From NCBI GenBank assembly GCA_973895155.1, contig OZ316897.1:15995375-16059374 (forward strand): a stretch of DNA of 64,000 bases. Direction: 5' to 3'. Source of the DNA: Marsupella aquatica (lineage: Eukaryota > Plantae > Marchantiophyta). Shown here piece by piece: positions 23,711-35,619 of this stretch (the first letter of the stretch is position 1; every line of letters starts with the position of its first letter). Under the pieces are notes generated by a model that saw nothing but the letters and a program-made list of their open reading frames with translations, was not told where the DNA came from and did not search any database. Made by a program: the position numbers and the translations under genes.

Positions 23711-26700
23711 ATGAGTACCTCCGTAGGCTACAATAGCCATCTCATACCTAAGCTAGAAGGTAGTCTCAATTTTCCCGCATGGAAGCTACTGTGCACTTCC
23801 ACACTCAAGGCCTCCAGTGCCTGGAAGTTTGTCAATGGGACTTCGACTGAACCGACTAGAGATCCTACTGAAAAGGACTATCAATTTGCTGAGCGTTCAG
23901 AAGTTTTGCACTCCCGAGCTGCACAAGCTCGCAATATTATTCTTTCATCCTGCAGACCTCACATTCAGCAAACACTTGCTGACATTTCCTTAGCCAAGGA
24001 TTGCTGGGAAAAGCTAATTGCTATGTATGAGGCTGACGGATTGATTCATTTGCAGGATATCTGGGCTAATTTTGTCCACTACAAATATGAAGGCGAAGAG
24101 ATTGAAGAGTTTTGTGCCACATTTCGTTGTGCTGTTGATAAATGCACTGCTGTCGAGATTGTCACTCAAGAAAAGATTCAAGTTCTTCACTTCGTCACCA
24201 TTCTTGACACTCACTTTGAGCACTGGACGGCAAATAAACGTGACCAGATGAGACGTGATCCTAAGAATCTTCCCACTCTCAGTGCTCTCATTAACGAAGT
24301 GGTTGATGAATCCCGTAGGAGACGTGAACGTGTTGCGCTTCAAGTCCTCACCAATTGAGTTCATGTTGTGACTCCTCCTAGGAACAAGCGTCTCAAGCTG
24401 GGCAGACCAGATGTCTGCACCACTTGTCAACTTCCTAGTCATGGTGCAGACCGTTGCTTCTATGCGCACGTCAATTTACATCCTGACCATTGGCAGCCAA
24501 ATCCTGCAGTCTTGCAGAGAATACAAGATCGAAGCAATACTCCTGCTCTACATCTCAATCATGTACAGGCGCAAGTAGCCTTGACATCCACCGAGGAGAT
24601 TGACTGTGACATTTTTTCAAGCTATTATGCTCAATTTGGTCATGATGCGACCAATCATATGCAGAACAAGTCCTTTGCCAATCTATGGATTGCTGACTCG
24701 GGTGCTAGTCATCATTTCTGCAACAACCGAAGTCTCTTTGCTGACTACATTGATGATCCCCTACCAATCAATACTGGGAACGGCTCGGTTACTTCCCCTG
24801 GGAAAGGGTCTATTCATCTTCTAATCCAACACTCTGATGGTGACTACAAACCTTTGTTGCTGGCTAATGTTCGATACACACCAACGAGCTTCCTCAACAC
24901 CATCTCTGAAGATGTTCTGGAACAACACAACATCAGTTGGCGCAGTGAATTGCAGCAGTTCATTCATCTTCCGACTGGCACTGAGTTTGCTGTGGTCACT
25001 AAGCAAAATGGATTGAAACTACTCAATGTCCGCATACCAGCCCTAGCCGAGCATTATGCAGTGGTGGTACCATCAGCTATTCTTGATCTCAACATTCTCC
25101 ACAGACGACTTGCACATCTTCATGTTGATGGCATTCGACAACTACTCAAACAAGAAGGGCTCTCGCTATCATCTTCATCTCTTTTTACGCCATGTGAAGC
25201 ATGCTCTCTTGCCAAGTCCAGTAAAATCATTTGTCGCATTCCTCACTCACGAGCTCTTAGTCCATTTCAGATTATTCATCTTGATACATGTGGACCACTC
25301 TCTACGTCTGGCATAGGAAACAAGCATTACTTCCTTATCTTTACTGATGATTTCTCCCGCTATCGCTGGGTTGTCTGCCTTTCAACTAAAAGTCAAGCAT
25401 TCATTGCCATCCAACATTTGTTTTTCTCCGTTGTCAATCAGTATCACTCCACCATCTCTGAACTCCACATTGACAATGGTACTGAATTTGGAGGTCAAGA
25501 ACTTACTGACTTCTTGGCATCCCAAGGATGCAAACATGTACCTTCGGCTCCCTATCATCATGAGCAGAATGGAATTGCTGAACGATCTATTGGTGTCATC
25601 ACTCAGAAAGCTTGTGCAATGATTAATGATGCTCACCTTCCAAAACATCTTTGGCCTGAGGCAATTACAACTGCTGTCTACATCGCCAATAGATCACCGA
25701 CTGCTATTAATCCAGCGAGCTCCACACCTCAAGCACGTCTCCACCAGGCAATAGGACGACCACAGTAGACCAACATTACTCGTCTTCGGTCCTATGGTGC
25801 AACTGCCTATGTCCACATTCCACCTGAGAAACGTGCTCATGGAGATAAATTTACGGCACGTGCTAGGAAGGGCTTCCTTGTTGGATATGTTGATGGTCTC
25901 AACTACAAAATCTGGTTTCCAACTACTAATGAGATTGTTCGCTCTGCATATGTACAGTTTGATGAGACTCCATGAACCTCTGCCATCAATAGCAGCGACA
26001 CGTTGTCTCACACTACTACATCTAGCACCGATGATGTAGTGGCTATCTTCTTAGCACCAGTCCCACAGCTATCGACTATCCCCTCTGATTGTTCCGTGGA
26101 TGCTGAGCAAACATCCACCACAATTTGTACTGGCAGTCAGCATGATGACACCACGGTGACCACCTCCACTGATGATTTGACGTCATCAATTGATGCAGTC
26201 GCTTGCCCTGCTAATGCACCAGTGATCCCTCCCCCCTTGGGATATCACACCGAAGGAGAAATTCAAGCTGACATTGCAGCTGTCATTCCCACTCCACTCC
26301 GAAGATCATCACGTCTCAACAAAGGAGTTCCACCTTCTCGATTGGATGATGGCATCAATCAGGTCCTCACTTCTCTACCATCAATGCTTCTCTACAACTA
26401 CTCGGCGGCTCTCTTCTCACTCACGTTGACAGATCCACCACGTCATCACAAAGAAGCCATGCAGCGACCTGACTCTTCCAAATGGAAGGAAGCGGAGATG
26501 CTGGAGCTCCACCAACTTCGCAAGCTCAATGTTGCCCGACTTGTACCACTTCCAGTTGGTGCTCGATTACTACCTTCAAAATGGGTGTATAATATCAAAC
26601 ATGATGGGATCTACAAAGCACGACTTGTTGCCCGAGGAGACAAGCAACGCCCTGACATTGACTATCAGGATACCTTTGCCACAGTTGTCCGACCAGAAAC

Positions 26701-26960
26701 CTTTTGTACAATCATGGCACTAATAGCGGCCAAAGGTCTTGAAGCTCACTCGATCAGTTGACATAGTTACAGCTTTTCTGAATAGTCTCATGGATCTATC
26801 GTCAACAATCTACATCCGCCCTCCTCCTGGATATGAGACTTACGATGCACTTGGCCGACTCCTTGTCTGGCTACTTTTGCGAGCCTTGTATGGTCTGAAA
26901 CAAGCCAATCATCTTTGGTATCATACTATCACGAAATATCTCATTCAACATGCCTTCCTC
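23711..26960 (+). pseudogene. Copia gag-pol, 5' part (Gag, zinc knuckle, protease, integrase, N-terminal RT)
   Basis: ATG at 23711. IPKLEGSLNFPAWK; CTTCQLPSHGADRC knuckle; WIADSGASHH protease; LHRRLAH..CEAC; HLDTCGP/IDNGTEF/QNGIAER integrase DDE; KARLVARG, DIVTAFLN, ALYGLKQA RT. In-frame stops at 24356-24358, 25766-25768 and 25973-25975. 4-bp frameshift near 26750. Confidence 0.95.
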
Positions 26961-27321
26961 TGTGACGCCACCGGTACGGCGGTTAATGAGTGATTCGGTC
27001 TAACTGCGCTTAGCACGCGCGTTAGGAGTGTCTTAGGCCGCTATTATTAGCATAACGACAGTATTTAGGTAATCAATATGGGTAGGACATCATTAGGCAA
27101 TAAGGGGGAATTCAGGTTCGGACTGGCGGCGGGTCGCTATTCGCACACCCGGGTTACGAGCGTGGAGGGGGCCCCTCCCTCGGGTCCGTATAACGTACTT
27201 AAGAAGCGGCCACTGACACATGCTGACTCAGACAGGCGGAGTGGCCGGTACACCACAAGCGTGAGCGGTTTAGCCTATGGGCGTCGAGGAGACATCGGGG
27301 GGGATCGGCAAGCCCTCAAGG

Positions 27322-27332
27322 TATAAAAGGGG
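27322..27332 (+). promoter_or_regulatory. LTR-type TATA box
   Basis: TATAAAAGGGG ~360 bp inside the insertion and ~107 bp upstream of ATG 27429, followed by a pyrimidine-rich leader. Confidence 0.65.
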
Positions 27333-27428
27333 ATCCAACCCTTTGTAGTGCACCAGTCCATCAGCCACGCGCCAGCTTCGACCCCAACTCTCTCGTTCGC
27401 TCTAAGTCACCACTACTATCTCCTCTGA

Positions 27429-30101
27429 ATGTCACACACGATCCTCTCCAGCTCGGCCATTCGATTCTGGACGCAGTTCCTATCTACCGGAAGGCACTTG
27501 GCCGACTCATTGAAACACGCCAACCCGCGCCGATACGAAATCAAACGCGAGTATGAGAGAGCCATCCGCCTAGCAGGACGACACCACTACATCCTTAACT
27601 TTGACTACCCATCTCAGAGCGAGCTTTACCCACCAGCAGAGGTATCTGGGTACTTCTTCAACGGAGACAAATATATCGGTTTCTGGGAAGCATTGCTTCG
27701 GCTTCCGGATGAGGTCTTCAATATCCCGGGTACGATCGACTTGCAATGACATCACTTCGACCACATCCCTGCTCAGGTTCGGGCTATCATCAACAGCGAG
27801 TCCAACACTACCCGTTCGACAAGGTCATCTGCACTCGCTTCGGAGAACTTCTACCAGCACCTACAGAGCTTCATGGGAACTCGGCCATCAACCAACATGA
27901 CCAACTCAGTCGAACCCGTACCCGTACCCGTACCCATGCAACCTCGGGCTCAATCTCAGACTCAACCTCAGGCTCAGCTTCAGCTTCAGCCTCAGCCGCA
28001 GCCTAGCCAAACCCCACCACCGATCGCTCAGCCAACACAAGTACGCTCCGTCATCAACGTTGTGGATCTTAGCGATGACGACGAGGCTACCCCACCCTTG
28101 ACCAGGCGGCCCAGAGGAACAAGCGCTCAGGGGGCCGACACTATATCGTCCCCACCCCTTGCTCTGACCCCAGGAGCGGCCCCGGCAGACAACATGGTGA
28201 CCATGGCCGCCCCGGGCCCGTTACTAATGGCAGTGGCACTACCCAGGCCCGATCGGGAGGATGGGGAAGTGTCACCTTCCCCGAGCCAGTCACGGGGGAA
28301 GAAGAGGAAGAAATCCACTACTGCATCCGGGTTACCGTTGGCCACGGTAGCCGTAGCCAAGGTGACGATGCACCGCATGGGGGAAAATGTTCACAAAAAC
28401 ATCCTCCATCCCAAGCATGCGGTGTACCTAAAGACTCAGGGTTTCGAGCACCTCGCCTCCCTCCCCTGGAACACATGCAGGTACTACGGGGAGGACATGA
28501 CGGAGTTCGTCCGGAATTATGACGACGCGCGTCAACATACTCGGCCGCGGGGAAGGAGTATGTCCCTCACGGAAGAACGGCTCAGGGTGATCTTCGGGTT
28601 ACCCGAAGGTGACCATCGAGTCGAATCACGGGCTCCCGGGGGCAAGGGAGCCAAGTACCAATCTGCAAGTTTTCCCTCAGAGGGAGCAGTGGACAACGGA
28701 TTCGTGATGAAGACCTGCCTCATCCGCGAGATAGCTGAGCGACTGGAGTTCCAGAGGTACGCCCTCCACATGATGGAACCCCGGGGGGAGATCTCCGCCG
28801 CCCAGGTTATCCAGGTCGAGAACTATCGACCTAGGAGGTGGGCGTCGTACTTCGCTAAGAAATTCCATGAAAAGATGGAGCGGCGAAGGAAGACGCTGTA
28901 CATTGGCGGGAAGGCGTATTTCGCTAGCCACATCGAGATCATTCTTGAGTGGTACGCCCGGTTTGATCGACGAACCCTTCCCCGTGTCAATGTTACAAAG
29001 CTGGTCCCAGCTAGGTGGGTTTTCCCGGCCTTGGAGAGACGGCCCCAACCCGAGGCCCGAAGTCCAGCGGACACGCCAGCGGACACGCCAGCTTCACCCA
29101 CCCCACCTCCACAAGTAGCTGTAGTCGTAACCAAAGAGGTACCGGATGGGTCGGTTGTCGCAACCGTTGATGCGACCCAACAAGCCGAGCTAAGTACAGA
29201 AGTCGGTACGGCGGAGGTCTTACCCGAGCCCGGGTCTCCCAAAGACCCACCGGTGGCTATTCCGGAGAACCGGACATTGCTGCAGGAGGACACTCCAGCC
29301 CCTTCCAACGTTACGTCCCCAGGGCTGGACGTCACTGCCCCGGTCCCCGCGCGTGTTGACGTCTGCCCGTGCCCAACTCCGGACAGGCACAACCTGGACC
29401 ACTCGGAACTCTTCGTACCGGGTACATTTCTGAACGGGCTTCTGGGAGATTTCTCTCATCAAATTGCCCGGGATACCGGGGAGTTCATGGCCCGGAAGGT
29501 AGCTTGTTTCTTCAATCAGGAGTTGGTTGCTGCAGTAAAGGCAGGTCGGGCCCAGTCAGAGGCCCTTCAGAGGATAGAGCGGTACCGGGTGGAGTCCGTG
29601 TATCTAAAGAACGAAGTTGCGGCTCAAGAGGCTGAGCTTCTGCAACTACGACCCAAGGTTGCAGCCGCCGATGAGTTGTTAGCAAAGGCGCACGCTCTTA
29701 CCGCCCTAGCCGAACAGGCCAAAGCTGGGAACGAGGCCGAGATTACACGACTCCGGAACCAGATTGACAATTTGAAGAATCAAACCGTCACCTGGCAGAA
29801 GGAGGAGGCCGAGGAACGGGCCCAGCAGGACACGGCGGAGATAGCCACGCTGCAGGCCGAGGTGGCGCGGCTCCAAACCGAGGCCGAGAAGCAGGACCAG
29901 CTGGCGGGTAAACTGACGAGCGACGCCCAGCAGTTGGAGGAGGCATGTCAGGAGGCAGCAGAGGAGACGGACGCGGCGAGGCGAGAGAACGAATCTCTGC
30001 TGGACCAGGTCCAGCTCCTCAAGGCGGACAATGACAGGCTTCGAAGGCAGCGGGATGGCCGCTCCCATTCGGGCGGCTCTGGCAAGCGTGCCAGGCATTA
30101 G
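27429..30101 (+). CDS. Retrotransposon accessory-like protein: one 890-codon frame with a single internal TGA (27747-27749); 742 aa from ATG 27873
   Basis: ORFs 27429-27749 and 27873-30101 are in the same frame with no other stop between them. PQ-rich linker; KKRKK NLS-like motif; folded-looking domain (GFEHLASLPW..EFVRNY..RGRSMSLTEERLRVIFGLP) reminiscent of 'putative plant transposon protein' domains of gypsy accessory ORFs; P-rich linker; long C-terminal coiled coil. Confidence 0.8.
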
Positions 30102-31004
30102 CAGCGGAGTAGGAATAGATTAGGATTAGGACTGGCTTAGTCAGGCTCTTGGGACAGGCACCTGCCTTAGGTACAGCAGCGCTGCCATGCTGTCCAGCCT
30201 GCGTAGATTAGGATCTTCTAATAAGACACAGCCGTTTTCCGGCCTGACTGTCAGCTTAGTTAGGACCTTAGTCAGCGAATCTTCGGCGAGAGGACACCCC
30301 GTCCCTCGTCCCTTAGTATTTAAGTGCACCCCTCGGTAGAGGCAGGGGGGGTTTTTAGTTGCAGAGTTGGACGTCCGCGGTATGTGCGGGGAGTCCCGAC
30401 CTCTGGGAATGAAAGAGTACCAAGGGGAGGGGGTAGGACTAAGCTCGCCGGGCGAGTGCGGAGCCGGGCTCCGTTGTAGTGTGCACCCTCGGCCTTGAAC
30501 CTGTTCATTCCGGGGCTGTCGGGTTAACTAAGTGTACGCATATGTTCCCTTTGTAGTAAAATCCTTTCCCATCATTTTCCTTCGTGTAAATCAAGATTGT
30601 ATGCATGTGCGCGTGTATGTGTGTGGGTTTCTCGTATATGGGTGGCAGCGCCAGGCCGAACGCACTACCCAAGACGTGCACAGGGTGCAGCCTGCGGGTA
30701 AGTGGTTGCGAGCACGGGTTGAGGACCTGTATCATCGAATCCGGATCGAAGGCGGACAGCACGAAGGCTTAGAAGCCCTTAAGCCGGGGTCGATCCTGCT
30801 ATCGACTAAGGTACGTTCCGGCGGCGGAACACAAACCATACCTAGGAGGTGTCCGTATTTAGCAGTATGCGCACTTAGCGCTAGTTTACGAGAATAAGGT
30901 GCATTACGTGTTTCCCTTCCTGCCCGAACCCTCAGATTTACGAGGGATGTGCCCGTCTAAGCTGAAGTCTGAGTTAAGGCCGCAGCCGACGACGTGACAT
31001 CCTC

Positions 31005-31290
31005 CCACTGCCATCGGATCCATGTGTACTCCAGAATGATGAGGGTGAACTTCTCATCCTTTGGGTGGATGATATTATTATTGTCTCTAAAGATCTTTGT
31101 GGAATCCAGCGCATCAAAGCTATAATCTCCGGTGAATATGAAGTCCGTGATCTAGGTGACCTTGAGGAGTACCTAGGAATGTCAATCACCAGGAATCGTT
31201 TGGAGCGGACTCTCTACATCACTCAGCATCGCTACATTCTAAAGATTCTACAGAAGTTTCACTTGCAGGATTCTCGCCCAGCTCCAAATG
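31005..31290 (+). pseudogene. Copia RT, resumed C-terminal part, truncated before RNase H
   Basis: PLPSDPCV...LILWVDDIII...VRDLGDLEEYLGMSITR...ITQHRYILKILQKF, then runs straight into the PPT and 3' LTR. Confidence 0.92.
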
Positions 31291-31308
31291 ATCAAGAATC
31301 CGGGGGTG

Positions 31309-31706
31309 TCTCACTGTGAATGACTCATACTGATTCCCGACATTCAGACTAGTGACAGTAAGATCTTAATATTAGGACTAGCTTTACATGTCAGATAGAA
31401 TATTAGCCTCAGACTCAGACTAGTCAGATTTAAATTCAATCAGCATCAAACAGCGATGATCTAGTTTAAGGATTTGAATTAAATCTACCTGCCAGCGCCT
31501 AACGTCTTGACTGTGACAAGCGGGACGCGGCCAGCCCTTTGTGTACTGGCAGCCGCGCCACCTGTTTGTGCTGATCACTTGGGCTGCTACTGCCTTTTTG
31601 TTTGTTCTCAGATGGAGCGCCTCTACTTGAGGGTCTCCTCTCATTCTATTCACTGCATTGTGCATTTGTATTTTTCCTATATTTGAGCGCGTATGCTTTA
31701 GTCACA
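31309..31706 (+). repeat. 3' LTR (398 bp)
   Basis: Near-identical direct repeat of 23147-23561. Confidence 0.95.
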
Positions 31707-33429
31707 ATACTCTGTTCCTGTTTGTAGAGAAAACTTCTTCTGTCACGTAATTTATCGATACTCATCACACGAACTGCAAGTTGCTTCCACCTAATAACTC
31801 CAGATGAGATGATCAATTGGACATTGGAAAGAAGGACATTCTCTCAAGGCTAGAAGAGGTTACAAAACTTAAGGGGACAAAATTAGAAAGATCAACAGGC
31901 AGGTAAACAGAATCCCCTATCCTGTCATTTTTCGTGGATTCGGCAGTCGACTATTGAAGGAGAGAAAGAAGTCCCAATCTAGAACTGTAACGCAGGAAGA
32001 CCAACAACAAGCAAGAAAACAATGATTCAATGAAGCGCCATTCCATGACTGTTCCACGATGAGAAATCAGAAAGAGGCATCGATCGACGTATCAAAGACT
32101 CTGTCCATGACTTTGATTAGTCACAGTGGTGCACAAGCGGAATTGATGATATCATTGGTTCGCGACTTCCGCAAGTAACCAATGCAGGATAATCGGCGAA
32201 GCGAAAATCAATGGACAGTACAGCTCTAGCGAGCCCGAGCCAACAATTTCGTGGCTTCACTTCACACGTCAAATGTAACCAATGTATCGTGTGTCCACGA
32301 TTTTAGAATCTCATCGTTCATCCATACCGTGACAATCTGCAGCTGATCTCATCATTCGAAACTCTCAGTCACTAATTACTGTGATCCAATCGGTGAGGAC
32401 ATTATTGAACATTATGAAGAGCTGAAGCGCATTTCACGAGTTTTTGAGCATTCATGTTTCAGAACATGCAATCCGGAAAGTAAGGTCGATGATCAGGAAT
32501 ACTGCCAGTGCCAAGAAATGGGACAAAATAGAGGTCTTCAAGTTTCGTTGTCTAAGTACTTGACTTGAGGTGCCAGAACGATGCCACTTGTGTTTTCATT
32601 ATGACTCTTCACAAAATAATATGCATTCCAAGCCTCGTGATCAACCTCCTTCCTGATGATCGAGCTGATAGCCGATGAAGTCTAAATTGACATGCCAATA
32701 ATTTTCCCGTTTACTGGAAGACAGACAGAAAAGCTTGACTTGTGGGCATTGACTCTCCTGGCATCTTGGGCTGCTCCCCCTTTCCCTGGAAAGCTTACAG
32801 GTTTAATAATTGACCTGTCCAGGCGGAAAAGAGTAACGACCCCAGTTGAATAGTTTTAAGGTTTTTCCTTGTTGACCCAATGTGGCAATGAACTTGTGCG
32901 GAGAATGTTTGCCCTGTCCAGGTGGAAAAGAGTAACAACCCTAGTTTAATAGTTTTAAGGTTTTTCCATTTTGACCCTATGTGGCAATGCCACCTTGTGT
33001 GGAGGAGATGATGCCACGGTAGGAATACTATTTATCCAGTTTTTTTCTAGAGAATTTTTTGACAGTTGGGTCTTGCTACACTTAAGGCTAGCCATCAGGA
33101 TCTGGCTAGTGGGTTCTGTGGCTGATCCAAGACGAAAGGGGAACGAATTTGGGCCAAAACTGGTGAAGACTTTTCAGTGAGGTGGTGTTTGGTGAATGTC
33201 TGTTGCAAGAAAGAATATTGATTTTTTCAAAAACTTTGTGAGTAATTACAGTAGTTAGTCCAGTACTGACCAAAAAAGAAATTAATCTAGTTCTGGACTG
33301 GCCTGTTCTCAATGTTACGGCAGGTTCTAAACAAGCATAACCCAAACTGAGGAACAAAATTGAAACGCTGAAATATATTTCTCATGCTGAGGACAAGACT
33401 GGGTAGTAATTTATGAATTCAGTAGAGAA

Positions 33430-33607
33430 TTGCTGCTGAAGCAATTTACTCGCAGCTTATACCCCCAAGCGAAACCAGGTCAATCTTGGAAAACCAACAG
33501 GAATTAGTGTTACACTTTTGCTGCTGAAGCAATTTACTCGCAGCTTATACCCCCAAGCGAAACCAGGTCAATCTTGGAAAACCAACAGGAACTAGTGTCA
33601 CACTTTT
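33430..33607. repeat. Near-perfect ~89-bp tandem duplication
   Basis: ttgctgctgaagcaatttactcgcagcttatacccccaagcgaaaccaggtcaatcttggaaaaccaacaggaa.tagtgt.acactttt occurs twice. Confidence 0.95.
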
Positions 33608-35619
33608 GACTTGAGTTTTGGGTTCACCAAGATTAGCGTCAGTGGCACTCATCTGGAAGTAACACTAATTAATTACACAAAGTTAACACTAATGGGGTGA
33701 ACAGTAATATCTTTATTGCAGAGTTTTGTTTATTTATTGAGGGGAGGCCACATCTCCTTGCCTCAGTCCTCACTACCATATTGACAAAGGGTATATAGTT
33801 CATTGCACTTTAGCAAGCTCAGGCTTTCACCATCCTTTGTAGGGCCAAGGCTGTAGGTTTTGGGGCAGCTAAGTAGACAGAATGATCTTTTTACAAAACC
33901 CTTTGGTTTACTCTATCCAGAGCTTTACCAGGCTTTTCAATTTTGGCCAAGGAGATTTTTGTCTTCTTTGCTCCTCGGTAGGTTTTTTTGGTTCTGTTGC
34001 TGTACATTGTTAAGGATTCTTTACTGGCCTTCTGAGGCCTCATGGGCCCTCTTGGGGTTTTTCCCTTCAATCCCCCTTTTTCCCCTTTATTGGGTTTTTT
34101 TGCATTTGGGATCCTTTCTCCAGCTTTGGCGCCTTTGTTCTCCAATCGGTACAGTGATAATATAGAAAACTTTCAAAGCTGTATAGTGTATATTGTTTCA
34201 TATTTTGGGTGCAAGTGGCCAAACCATTTGAAATATATGGTGAATGATTGAGCTTAAGACTTCTTGACCTTTGTCCATGGTTGGTGTCTTCTATGTTAAG
34301 GATTGTTCTTAGTCTTGTGACTCATAGACTACGGCGACTAAGTTAACCACGTACAGTGAGGGACTTAGCTGAGGACTTAGTCATACTTCAACATTTTGTG
34401 CTTTTGCAGTGGCATATGTAGTTTGTGCATTGGAACTTGAAAATATCAAGATTTGATTCTGTTAAAGCCACTTAATCAAATCACATCAAAATATCCCAGT
34501 AAATGTCCGTGAACCCTATGCGGATTAAGGTGTGAAGTTCTTAATACCATAGTCTTGATAAAGTCATGTGTACAAATATGTGATTAATTGCCCGGTAAAA
34601 TGGGGGTTGGGCGGGGGCAGCATTATGATTTTAAAGCTTTAACATTAGTATAAAGAACCCAGGTTTAAATTTGTAAAACATTCTTTCCAGACGAGTAATT
34701 AAAACTTAAAACTGCCCATGCAACAACGGGGAAGTGCAGCTGTCAGGGTTCATTACAAGCACCCATCCTATACTATAATACACAGTTGCACCACTTTTTA
34801 GAGTGTCGTCATTCAAATTTGCTGGGCAAAAAAAATTTAAAAATCTGGTCAAAGGTAAGTAATAATGACAAAGTGTGAACTGAGTTTAGTGTGACTCACA
34901 AAAAGTTGCACCATTGTCCAAGACAAGCCACAATAATCACACCACAAACCAACAAAAACTTAAACACTTTAACACAATGCATGAGGATCAAAGAGTATAC
35001 TCCCTCCATGATCCATGCAAGTAAATATTGTACATACTCACATGCAAGTAAGTATTGTACATGTTCAATATTGTGTGCATAGTTTTGTATAATACTGGTA
35101 AGATGAGTTTAATTGTTAATAATATTTTAGTCACTAGATCAATAAAAAACCATTCCACCCAAAATTAGTGGTGATTTTTACAGTCATTTTCACTGTCATT
35201 TTCGATGTCAAAAAACAAAAGTGATAAGGCCCAAAGACATAGTGAAGCGCATGGCACGGGCGTTGATGGCAAGGTGTTGGGCGAGGGGCACACTCGCAAT
35301 GTAGGGCAGCCCCTCAAAGGGCTCCAGTCTCGCATGGGTGGGGACGGGGGACGGCGAACGAGTGATGTGATGGTGAATGAGAAAAAGAGAAGACCAAAAA
35401 TAAGGAAATAGGGAAAAGGGGGAGATTAAGGGTTAAAAGGAACATAAGAGAAAAAAGGTTTTAAAAAGACAAAAAGGAAAAAACCACCTCTCATTTTGTT
35501 ATACTTTTGTGGTTGTCGTAGCAAGTCTTTTGTTCAATGTTATCTTTTATTCAAGAATTGTTTTTGTGCAAGGAGAAAAAAGAAAAATAGTAAAGAGAAT
35601 TTTTGTGGCTTCTGTAGCC

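Larger units (their letters stand above)
26961..30999 (+). mobile_element. 4039-bp nested insertion, most likely a Ty3/gypsy-type solo LTR carrying a long ORF
   Basis: TGTGACG...CGTGACA ends. 5-bp TSD TCCTC at 26956-26960 and 31000-31004. Splits the copia RT (HAFL | PLPSDPC). No internal direct repeats, PBS, gag or pol. Higher GC than the host element. Confidence 0.85.
23147..31706 (+). mobile_element. Ty1/copia LTR retrotransposon, inactivated, RNase H deleted, with a nested insertion
   Basis: Paired LTRs 23147-23561 and 31309-31706. TSD ATACT at 23142-23146 and 31707-31711. Domain order gag-PR-IN-RT. PBS-like sequence after the 5' LTR and a G-rich PPT-like tract (ccgggggtg) before the 3' LTR. 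Confidence 0.97.

Noticed and set aside
28127-30098. Antisense ORFs of 79-189 aa inside the nested insertion
   Set aside because: Shadows of the GC-rich sense ORF; no recognisable domains.
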